A stretch of 64,000 bases of DNA from assembly GCA_963744145.1 (NCBI GenBank), contig CAVUSO010000001.1, positions 1,152,001 through 1,216,000 of the forward strand, in the 5' to 3' direction. Numbering within the stretch: the first letter of the stretch is position 1; every line of letters begins with the position of its first letter. The DNA comes from an uncultured cyanobacterium. Its GTDB lineage: Bacteria > Cyanobacteriota > Cyanobacteriia > Cyanobacteriales > CAWUOF01. The translations under genes were made by a program, and so were the position numbers. Of the stretch, positions 43,005 to 51,331 are shown one piece after another. The notes beneath the pieces were generated by a model, which was not told the origin of the DNA, did not search any database, and saw nothing but the letters and a program-made list of their open reading frames with translations.

Positions 43005-43946
43005 GGTAGTGCCAAAGATGTAGTGAAAAGCTTTTAAACAGATAAAGACATATTATAGTGATGAATAAAATACCAGATCGCACCGATATGGTTTTCCAGT
43101 TTTTTTGAAAAAGAAAGAGTTTCTCTAACTAATCGAGAAATTCTTTGACGCATTGTGTTATTAAAACGTTCAATATGATTAGTTTTTCCGGTTTCTTTAC
43201 CAACAGGTTTATGGCGTTTTTGGGGAAAAATTTTCCCATAAGCTGCCCAAAAATCAGGATAACAAACAGCGCATTGGCGATAAATTGGTGGCAAAGATTC
43301 CCACAATTTTTTCGCGCCTGCCTCACTCCGATCGCCAATATGAACACCAACGATTTCACGAGTATCTTTATCTAATGCCAACCAAATCCACTGTTTATTA
43401 TTTTTATTTTGAACAAAGGACCAAGCCTCATCACATTCAATCGTTAATCTCCCCTTTTTTTTTCCGGAAACCTGTACCTGTTGAGGAATTTTGGCATATT
43501 TGTCATTAACGTATTTTTGTAACCAGGTTTCTGACACACCAACAGCACGAGCAATTCCTGCTAGCGGAATTTTTTCTAATAAAAGTCGATCAATTAATTC
43601 TTTAACTTCGGCAGAAATTACCTTCTTCGTAGGATTTTCAATAAACTGTCTTTTACAGTTCTGACACTGATATTTCTGTTTTTTATTATGAATTCTACCA
43701 TTTTTGACCACATGGCTAGAACCACAATTAGGGCAACTAAGTTTTTCGTTTGACATCCTGTAATAAACCGAGAAATTTGATTAGATTATTTTCAGATTAG
43801 CAGATTTTTCTCCAAATTAGAATGAGGAAATTCTATCTACTTAATCTAAATTAATAATTATTATTAATAGTCAGACTCATAATTAAGTAATAACAAGTAA
43901 ATTTGAACAGGAAAAATTTGCTCATCACTACATTTTTGGCACTACC
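43005..43946 (-). mobile_element. IS1-family insertion sequence, 942 bp
   Basis: TIR GGTAGTGCCAAA(G/A)ATGTAGTGA, 21/22 match; 8-bp TSD CCCGTTTA at 42997-43004 and 43947-43954. Confidence 0.93.
43034..43756 (-). CDS. IS1 transposase (InsA-InsB in one frame)
   Basis: CPNC...CQNC zinc ribbon, HTH, ECDEAWSFV, TNHIERFN. Confidence 0.92.
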   Translation of the reverse strand: MSNEKLSCPNCGSSHVVKNGRIHNKKQKYQCQNCKRQFIENPTKKVISAEVKELIDRLLLEKIPLAGIARAVGVSETWLQKYVNDKYAKIPQQVQVSGKKKGRLTIECDEAWSFVQNKNNKQWIWLALDKDTREIVGVHIGDRSEAGAKKLWESLPPIYRQCAVCYPDFWAAYGKIFPQKRHKPVGKETGKTNHIERFNNTMRQRISRLVRETLSFSKKLENHIGAIWYFIHHYNMSLSV

Positions 43947-44079
43947 CCCGTTTAGACACTTCACAAGCTGTCGCTATATTTTACAGGTTACACTCAAGAG
44001 AGATTAATCGCTGAAATGATTACTTGGTAAGTATTTTACAGGTTACCTTTGCCGATTAATTCCAGGCTAGCTAATTTGT

Positions 44080-44113
44080 TTGAGAGCGATCGCTATTCTC
44101 CTCCTGATGCTGA
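44080..44113. repeat. Direct repeat C1 (partner 44581-44614)
   Basis: 27/34 ungapped identity; contains HIP1. Confidence 0.6.
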
Positions 44114-44184
44114 ATATAAATATGCTCTAAAACCTATCCGACTATTGTTGTGTTTAAATAAATAGTGTAAATTCTAAAAATAAT

Positions 44185-44541
44185 ATGAAAGAGAGGGCAA
44201 AGCTCATGAACAACGAAGAAGACACAAAGAGGGCGAAACTCATAGACCTGGGCATACAACTGGGTGATCTGACTGTTGCACTGCTGATAAATATCGTACA
44301 AGAAGAAGAAGGAAGATTACACGTATTGATTCAGTTATATCCGACAGATGGAGAAGACTATTTACCCCCTAATCTGAGAATAACATTATTGTCTAAAGTT
44401 GGTAAAATTCTCCAAGAAGTTACTTCTCGCAGTCAAGATAACTATATTCAACTTAAACCCTTTAAAGGTGAAGTTGGAAGAGTATTTTGTGTCAAAGTCG
44501 AATTAGGAGATATATCCGTACAAGAAGAGTTTGAACTTTGA
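44185..44541 (+). CDS. Stand-alone DUF1822-type C-terminal domain
   Basis: RAKLIDLGIQL...YLPPNL...DNYIQL...EEFEL. Confidence 0.75.
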   Translation: MKERAKLMNNEEDTKRAKLIDLGIQLGDLTVALLINIVQEEEGRLHVLIQLYPTDGEDYLPPNLRITLLSKVGKILQEVTSRSQDNYIQLKPFKGEVGRVFCVKVELGDISVQEEFEL

Positions 44542-44580
44542 AAAAAGCCGCGATCGCTACTCTCTTTATAATGGTAATGG

Positions 44581-44614
44581 TTGAGAGTGATCGCTATTTC
44601 TCTCCTCGTGCCGA
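44581..44614. repeat. Direct repeat C2
   Basis: Matches 44080-44113; contains GTGATCGC, one mismatch from HIP1. Confidence 0.6.
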
Positions 44615-44688
44615 CTGTCTACTTTGAGCAAGTTTGGAAATATTTCAAACTTTGACGAGAGAATAATAGTTTTGCGTTGATATGGGCG

Positions 44689-44730
44689 ATCGTAATTCTC
44701 AGAAAATTAAGCTCTGCTGCTACTGGGGAC
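44689..44730. repeat. Direct repeat D1 (partner 45830-45871)
   Basis: 40/42 identity; starts inside GCGATCGT. Confidence 0.9.
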
Positions 44731-44745
44731 GATCACAAATATCTA

Positions 44746-45504
44746 TTAATCTTGTAAGGAAAAAATGTTTGACACTTGAGTATCATTCAAAGCCATATCA
44801 TATACACGAAGATCGCTAAAACTCCCTTTTGGAGCAAACTTATAATAAAAACCAATTAGAGAACGACCTATTTTAAAATCATTACCATTGGCAATATTAG
44901 CAATTCCATTTCCAGTATTACTTCCTGACAATACTCCATCAACATATAGCCTTAAGAATTTATCTTGGCGCACTACTGCTACATGATGCCATTTTCCATC
45001 ATTAAAACCTGCGGTTTTGCTTTCTACATTTATGTAATTAGTTCCATTTTCATCTTGATCTACTTCGGCTGTAATCAGACCATTAGCTCTAGATTCATGT
45101 TTGCCCATCATCCTAATAGATACAAAATTACCATGTGAACCAGCAGTTCTATTACCTACCAAATCAAAAGCTCTATAAGCTTCGAGTGTTTGCACCCAAA
45201 AAGCTATGGTAAAATCATGAATACCAAATTGACCGATTTTTTCACCAAAAGATACATAAGAATCATCTGAGCCATCAATCTGTACTGATGGTTTTCCTCC
45301 ATGTTCTTGGTTATCAACTACAGCATTTGATATTAAACTACTAATTTGTGATTTATTTTTTTTTGATATAGCTGTTCCTTGAGGTGCAATACCTGGAAAA
45401 ATCCCTTTTAATGGCGCTTGATTAGGACAACAACCAAACAGCAGAAAAACTATGATCCCATATATTAGCAAACTACCAGGACTGGAAAACTTGATTACTT
45501 GCAT
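44746..45504 (-). CDS. LamG/concanavalin-A-like domain lipoprotein
   Basis: Lipobox-like LFGC, FTIAFWV, DGKWHHVAVV, LYVDG, DLRVYD. Confidence 0.85.
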   Translation of the reverse strand: MQVIKFSSPGSLLIYGIIVFLLFGCCPNQAPLKGIFPGIAPQGTAISKKNKSQISSLISNAVVDNQEHGGKPSVQIDGSDDSYVSFGEKIGQFGIHDFTIAFWVQTLEAYRAFDLVGNRTAGSHGNFVSIRMMGKHESRANGLITAEVDQDENGTNYINVESKTAGFNDGKWHHVAVVRQDKFLRLYVDGVLSGSNTGNGIANIANGNDFKIGRSLIGFYYKFAPKGSFSDLRVYDMALNDTQVSNIFSLQD

Positions 45505-45583
45505 ATAAGTCGTTTTTTATTTTTATGCTTTACAATTCTAATTGTTCTGCACCACATTTTACTACATGGCTATAATCTTTTAT

Positions 45584-45809
45584 CTCACTTTCCGCACTTC
45601 TTAATATTTAATTAATAATTATGACTAATGTATCGCTGACAACTTATTCCTGGTATAAATTATAGCTATAATTTTGGATTTTTCTCAATGTGAAAAAAAA
45701 TATTGATGAATTACTTTTAATATCTATTTCTAGAATAGCAATTTTTTGTAAACGCATCTGAGGGAGTTTGACAATATATAAAAATATATGCAGATGTGCG
45801 GAATGGGAG
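45584..45809. mobile_element. MITE, 226 bp, ends reminiscent of IS1634 family
   Basis: TIR CTCACTTTCCGCAC / GTGCGGAATGGGAG (12/14); 6-bp TSD TTTTAT at 45578-45583 and 45810-45815. Confidence 0.65.
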
Positions 45810-45829
45810 TTTTATTGGTAATGAAGGTA

Positions 45830-45871
45830 ATCGCAATTCTCAGAAAATTAGGCTCTGCTGCTACTGGGGAC
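45830..45871. repeat. Direct repeat D2
   Basis: Matches 44689-44730; starts inside GTAATCGC. Confidence 0.9.
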
Positions 45872-45890
45872 TACTGTTAGATTCGGGACT

Positions 45891-45906
45891 GGTTTAGTGC
45901 GATCGC
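45891..45906. repeat. Direct repeat E1 (partner 47759-47774)
   Basis: 16-bp exact GGTTTAGTGCGATCGC ending in HIP1. Confidence 0.6.
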
Positions 45907-45952
45907 CACCAATAAGACCAGTTTCGGGATTAAGTGCGATCGCCAATAAACA

Positions 45953-47593
45953 CTATTTGCGAATCGTCCCATCAGGCATAGTTGTACCAATTAGAATAGC
46001 ACCATCTAGCTTTGCATTTGTTAGATTTGCTCCAGTCAAGTTTGATTCTCTTAAGTTAGTTTTTTCTAAATTAGCACCTTGAAGATTTGCACCGATTAAA
46101 TTAGCAGAGGCTAAATTTGTAGTAGTTAAATTTAAGTTACTAAGGTTAGCCCAACATAAATTTGCTTGACTTAAATCTGCTCCTACTAAATTAGCTCCAG
46201 ATAAATTTGCTTGACTTAAATCCGCTCCTACTAAATTAGCTCCAGATAAATTTGCTTGACTTAAATCTGCTCCTACTAAATTTGTTATTGATAAATTAGT
46301 AGAATTTAGATTTGTTTGAACTAATTTTGCTCCTACTAAGTTTGCGAATGTTAAATTAGCACGATAAAGATTGGCTTTATTTAAAATTGCTTCATTTAGA
46401 TTAGCTGCAATAAGGGTTGCCGATATTAGACTTGCCATGCTTAAGTCTGATTTAGTCAAATTAGCCCCAATAAAATTCACATGATTTAATTGCGCTGAAC
46501 TTAAGTCTGATTTGTACAAATCAATTCCTGCTAATACAAGATCGCTTAAATTAAAACCAGCTAAATTTACTTCGGACGCGGCTCCTCTCATTCCAATAAA
46601 TTTAGCACCTACTGATATAGGGTCAAAATTGGCAGGGAATATAGTTTTTGAGTTATATAATATACCACGAAGTTTAGCTTTAGTAAGATTTGTATTTGAT
46701 AAATTAACTCCAAATAAATTTGCATTACTCAAATTAGAATCACTTAAATTTGCATCAGTTAGGTTTGCATTAGTTAAATTAGCTTCACTTAGGTTTGCTT
46801 TTTGTAGATTTGCTTGTTTTAGGATTGTTCCAGATAAGTTAGCTTTACACAAATCTGTTTGATATAAATTTGCTTCAGTTAAATTCGTACTGCTTAAATT
46901 TATCTCTTTTAAAACTGCTTTTCTTAGATTTGCACCATTTAGATAACTTGAAATTAATAGACAATTACTTAGATTAGTATTATTTAGATTAGCATTACTT
47001 AAGTTGGTTTGTATTGAAAAACTTCGTGTACTTAAATTAGCCCCTCCTAAATTAATTCCAGGAAATTGATTTTTTTTCTCGCCAATTTGTTTCAGAAATT
47101 CTTCAACTACGATCGCTGTTACTGGCTCTATCTCCTCATCTAAGTCTTCTTGCTCATCAATTTCTGGTGGCGCTGATGAATCACTTATTTCTGATTCTGA
47201 TATGCTAGAGTTTGATTCTAACTGCTTTTGTAGTTCTACAATTTGTTTTAGACTGCCTCTCCTTCTAGTTCTTCGTTTCAGCAATGATTCAACCGCGATC
47301 GCAACAGAATTTATATTATCTTCTAAGTTTTCTTCCTCATCAAGTCCTGGGATAGTTGTTTCTGATGAATCACTCGTTTCTGATACGCTAGAGTTTGATT
47401 CTAACTGCTGCTGTAGTTCTGTAATCTGTTTTTGAATTTCCTCTATTTGTTGGAGTTCTGGACGATTACTAAATTGTTGGTTCAAGTTATCTAACTGTTG
47501 TTTTAGTCCCACCAGATATTTTTTAAACACACCTTGCTGCTTTTCAATTTGTTCAATCTTGGTCGCTAAGGTGCTTAAGTCCTGATCACTCAT
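45953..47593 (-). CDS. Pentapeptide repeat protein with N-terminal coiled coil
   Basis: A(N/D)LXX repeats, C-terminal TMPDG, internal duplicated QLESNSS segment and 45-nt tandem repeats. Confidence 0.92.
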   Translation of the reverse strand: MSDQDLSTLATKIEQIEKQQGVFKKYLVGLKQQLDNLNQQFSNRPELQQIEEIQKQITELQQQLESNSSVSETSDSSETTIPGLDEEENLEDNINSVAIAVESLLKRRTRRRGSLKQIVELQKQLESNSSISESEISDSSAPPEIDEQEDLDEEIEPVTAIVVEEFLKQIGEKKNQFPGINLGGANLSTRSFSIQTNLSNANLNNTNLSNCLLISSYLNGANLRKAVLKEINLSSTNLTEANLYQTDLCKANLSGTILKQANLQKANLSEANLTNANLTDANLSDSNLSNANLFGVNLSNTNLTKAKLRGILYNSKTIFPANFDPISVGAKFIGMRGAASEVNLAGFNLSDLVLAGIDLYKSDLSSAQLNHVNFIGANLTKSDLSMASLISATLIAANLNEAILNKANLYRANLTFANLVGAKLVQTNLNSTNLSITNLVGADLSQANLSGANLVGADLSQANLSGANLVGADLSQANLCWANLSNLNLTTTNLASANLIGANLQGANLEKTNLRESNLTGANLTNAKLDGAILIGTTMPDGTIRK

Positions 47594-47758
47594 AATTTTG
47601 ATGAATTAGTTTTGATATTATTTTATAACCTTTCAGCTATAGGATGATTGTTTCTCGTTAAATGACCAATAATCAATAATCGGGGGACGTTATAGGAGTG
47701 ATTGGGGCTGAAATTGCTAGTGGGACTGATTGATGACTGGTTGCTGGTTTGATTGTGG

Positions 47759-47774
47759 GGTTTAGTGCGATCGC
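47759..47774. repeat. Direct repeat E2
   Basis: Identical to 45891-45906. Confidence 0.6.
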
Positions 47775-47785
47775 TTCTAGTTAAA

Positions 47786-47975
47786 CCCATATTCCACACA
47801 ACAAACATACTACAACCCATTTTCAACCAATAAAGTGGATTACAAGCCTACTTATTGAGAATAGAGTCAATAATGCTTGTAGGATGAAGTTATCTTCAGC
47901 AATCCTTTAACGCTTATGGAATCAAGCTTTTGACAATTCAATCTAAATACTACATTTTAAAGTGCCGAATGTGGG
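47786..47975. mobile_element. Degenerate MITE related to 45584-45809
   Basis: Ends CCCATATTCCACAC / GTGCCGAATGTGGG form an imperfect inverted repeat; no clear TSD. Confidence 0.4.
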
Positions 47976-48086
47976 TCATGAAGTTTTGTTACAAATTCAA
48001 TCGATTTTGCATAAAAATCGAGCCTTTCCTCAGATAGATAGTTAGACCTAAGCAAAATGCCAGAAATCAACAACCTGGCTTCCAAT

Positions 48087-48164
48087 TAATATCAATTTCA
48101 TAAATTAGCACTACAGATGAGACAGGTGGATCAGATGTAGTCAAAATTTAAAGAATTGATATAA
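48087..48164 (+). promoter_or_regulatory. 78-bp imperfect palindromic upstream element, copy 2
   Basis: 69/78 identical to 11562-11639; ends 63 nt before the ATG at 48228. Confidence 0.65.
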
Positions 48165-48227
48165 GTCCTACCCAAAAAAACGCAGAAGTAAAGTAATTAA
48201 CTTAAAAACTACCATTGGAGCTGTACC

Positions 48228-50675
48228 ATGTTAGAACTTTTGAACAAGAACAATAACCAGCTAAATATATCTGGTAATAACAGTACGATCACACCTTTGA
48301 CTAATTTAGGAGCAACTAATCAAATTCCGCAACTAGCTCATAACCTTCCTGTTCCTGGATCTAGCAATCAGGATGCTGATACTCTAAATTTAAAGACAAA
48401 TATTAGTGTTATTTCTGCTAATATTTTGTCTAGCATTTTGTCAACTAATTATCAACAATTAGGAAACTCTCAAATTAGTCTTCCATATTCCAATACTGCG
48501 ACAGCTAATCACCCCGATGTTCTCACTGAAGCCCTGAAAATAGCTGATGATAATATTTATAAATTTTTGCAAGGTGAAGACTACCTTACTGGGATGAAAT
48601 TAGCTTTTGATAAACCTCTAACTGATTCTAGAATCACTGAAATAAAAGATGAGTTACTTGGCAGTTATAAAGGTGGACAATTTACCGATTTACCATCTAT
48701 CAAATTAGAACCTGCTTCTGCAATGCCAAATGCTAATGCAGCTTTTTCGCCAGATAATTACAAAATTTATGTAAACCAAGATTTTGTTAATACAGCAAGT
48801 CAAGAGCAATTAGTTAGTGTTTTGGAAGAAGAAAAAGGTCATGCGATCGATACCTTACTCAGTCCTGCTGCTTCAAAAGGTGAGGGAGGGGAATTATTTG
48901 CTGATATTGTCGATGGTAAGCAATTAAGTCAGGCTTCGATTAATTCAATTAAACAAGAAAGTGACAAGGCTGTTTTGTTCCTAGATGGTAAAAATAGATT
49001 GGTGAGAGAATCTTCTCAAGTGAGTATCATATCTCAAACACCTGATAGTGGTATGGGACAACTCAATACTACTGCTAATTTCCGCTTTAATCCTTACGTT
49101 AACAACAGTACACTGATAGATCAAGAAGCACAAGGCACCACATTCACACTCTTAAATAGTGTCACAACTAACGACCCCGTTTATCAAAATTGGGAACAAG
49201 TTAAACTCAATGATGGTCGTGTCGGTTACTTCTATAAACAGTTTGTCGATCAAATCACTTCTATAACCCCTGATAGCGGGACTGGACAACTCAATACTAC
49301 TGCTAATTTCCGCTCCAACCCTTTCGTTAGTAACAGTACCTTCATAGATCAAGAATCACAGGGTACTACCTTCACGCTTTTAGATACTGTCACCACTAAT
49401 GACCCTGTTTATCAAAATTGGGAAAAGGTTCAACTTAATGATGGTCGCACTGGTTACTTTTATAAACAGTTTATTAATCAGATCGGTCCAAAAATTATCT
49501 CTACAACCCCCGACAATGGTACTGGACAACTCAATACTACTGCTAATTTCCGCTCCAGCCCTTTCGTTAGTAACAGTACCTTCATAGATCAAGAATCACA
49601 GGGTACTACCTTCACGCTTTTAGATACTGTCACCACTAATGATCCCGTTTACAAAACTTGGGAGCAAGTTAAACTCAATGATGGTCGTGTCGGCTACTTC
49701 TATAAACAGTTTGTTGATTCAGTAGGTCCTAAGATTATTTCCACTACTCCTGATAATGGTACTGGACAACTCAATACTACTGCTAATTTCCGCTCCAACC
49801 CTTTCGTTAACAACAGTACCCTGATAGATCAAGAAGCACAAGGTACTACTTTTAAACTTTTAGCAAGTATCACAACTAATGACCCTGTTTATCAAAATTG
49901 GGAAAAAGTTCAACTTAATAATGGTAATGTTGGTTACTTCTACAAACCATTTGTTTCTCCAGTAAGTTCCCCAACCAACCCTGCAAATATTACCATTGGA
50001 TTTGATCGTGCAGCAGCTTTTAGTATAGATGAGGCTAATCAACTCAAGCAAAATTATGGAGCATCTTGGTTAAATGTTTATATTGGCGGGCCTTTTTTCA
50101 GTAAATCCAATACATCATGGACTCCTACTATTGTTAAGCAAATAGGTGATCTAGGGTTTAAATTTTTATCTACCTATGTAGGTCAACAGCAGGGGGGAAA
50201 TTTAACATCTAATCAAGGACAAACAGATGGTACAGACGCTGTAAACTTAATGAATAAGTATGGATGGAAAGCAAACACAGGTAGTATTGTCTGTCTAGAT
50301 GTTGAACAAGCAACATTTGATTCAAATCCTGCGGGAACAATTTCTTACATAAATAGTTGGGTTTCTAAAGTTGAATCACAGGGATATAAGACTGCTGTAT
50401 ATGGTAATCCTAGCACCCTTAATACCCTTTCTTCCCAAAGCACACTTCCTGATTATATTTGGCTTGCCCATTATGGCTCTAATTACAAAATACAGATGCC
50501 TGCCCATTTACCCTCATTAGATCCAAATAACGATACATTTCCAAATCCTACTTTAAAAAGTGGTCCGTGGCAAAACCGTCGTGCTTGGCAGTTTGCAGGC
50601 GATGTCAGCATCAAAGGTTTTAGTGATATTGACATTGACTATGCAAATATGCCAATGAATTCTAAGCCAGCCTAA
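48228..50675 (+). CDS. Putative cell-wall hydrolase: LEExGH domain, four SH3b-like repeats, DUF1906/GH25-like domain
   Basis: VLEEEKGHAID; four NTTANFR...WEQVKLNDGRVGYFYKQFV repeats spaced 228-240 nt; C-terminal IGFD...VYIGG...LDVE...IWLAHY...AWQF...DID. Confidence 0.75.
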   Translation: MLELLNKNNNQLNISGNNSTITPLTNLGATNQIPQLAHNLPVPGSSNQDADTLNLKTNISVISANILSSILSTNYQQLGNSQISLPYSNTATANHPDVLTEALKIADDNIYKFLQGEDYLTGMKLAFDKPLTDSRITEIKDELLGSYKGGQFTDLPSIKLEPASAMPNANAAFSPDNYKIYVNQDFVNTASQEQLVSVLEEEKGHAIDTLLSPAASKGEGGELFADIVDGKQLSQASINSIKQESDKAVLFLDGKNRLVRESSQVSIISQTPDSGMGQLNTTANFRFNPYVNNSTLIDQEAQGTTFTLLNSVTTNDPVYQNWEQVKLNDGRVGYFYKQFVDQITSITPDSGTGQLNTTANFRSNPFVSNSTFIDQESQGTTFTLLDTVTTNDPVYQNWEKVQLNDGRTGYFYKQFINQIGPKIISTTPDNGTGQLNTTANFRSSPFVSNSTFIDQESQGTTFTLLDTVTTNDPVYKTWEQVKLNDGRVGYFYKQFVDSVGPKIISTTPDNGTGQLNTTANFRSNPFVNNSTLIDQEAQGTTFKLLASITTNDPVYQNWEKVQLNNGNVGYFYKPFVSPVSSPTNPANITIGFDRAAAFSIDEANQLKQNYGASWLNVYIGGPFFSKSNTSWTPTIVKQIGDLGFKFLSTYVGQQQGGNLTSNQGQTDGTDAVNLMNKYGWKANTGSIVCLDVEQATFDSNPAGTISYINSWVSKVESQGYKTAVYGNPSTLNTLSSQSTLPDYIWLAHYGSNYKIQMPAHLPSLDPNNDTFPNPTLKSGPWQNRRAWQFAGDVSIKGFSDIDIDYANMPMNSKPA

Positions 50676-51037
50676 CTTTTAGAAATAGCATATCTGACAC
50701 TTCAAAGTTTAGCTACAACTTAAGTTCATATACATGATGAATTAATTACTATTCTGAAGATGGTGTCAGCATAAAAGCTAAACTTCAAAAAGTAAAACAA
50801 AGGTATAATATGATCGCTATAAATACAGCGATCATATTTTGCTATATTCAATTACATTTCGTAGAGATAAAATAATCGCAAATATCTCCATAAAACCACC
50901 AGAGTGAAAGCTTCTAGTGTGCGATCACTTTCCAATTGGCCAATCTCAGAGCCAGTTATTGCGATCGCACTCCCAAAAGATTTAGAGAAATATTTGCCTG
51001 TCCACAAAAGAAAAAATCCTGCACAAGGCGTCCATAT

Positions 51038-51283
51038 TTACCAAACAAGACACCAAGCACAGAACTCTAAAAAATTTCTTAATCTCATTCTACAAGGCTT
51101 GGTTAATTTGGTCAAATCTGGATAGCAGCAGGGCTCAGTAAATCCCCAAAGGTGCCCTATGTCTACCACAACATCAGCAGCACGCACCATGATGGCATTT
51201 TTGATCCAATCTGGTAACTGTTCCAAAATGATTTGTCCAGCATTGGGTAAGAGTTGCTCGTATTCCTTCGTTTCTTGCATCAT
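51038..51283 (-). pseudogene. Probable truncated hypothetical gene
   Basis: N-terminal half is protein-like (NAGQIILEQLPDWIKNAI); the remainder looks non-coding. Confidence 0.3.
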
Positions 51284-51331
51284 TTCTACTCCATCGGAAT
51301 CTGGGCACTTCTGAACAGTTGATTAGTTTTT

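Larger units (their letters stand above)
42692..43975 (-). pseudogene. dinD: DinD-like fragment interrupted by IS1
   Basis: Joined across the IS it reads ATACEVSKREIVDHF...LTRYACYLIAQNGDPRK...AQTYFAIQTRK; N- and C-termini are missing. Confidence 0.75.

Noticed and set aside
47623..47826. 67-aa ORF upstream of the pentapeptide gene
   Set aside because: Low complexity, spans a repeat and a MITE end, no recognisable homology
50694..50769. CTGACAC...GTGTCAG inverted ends as a MITE
   Set aside because: Only 7 bp of inverted repeat and no TSD
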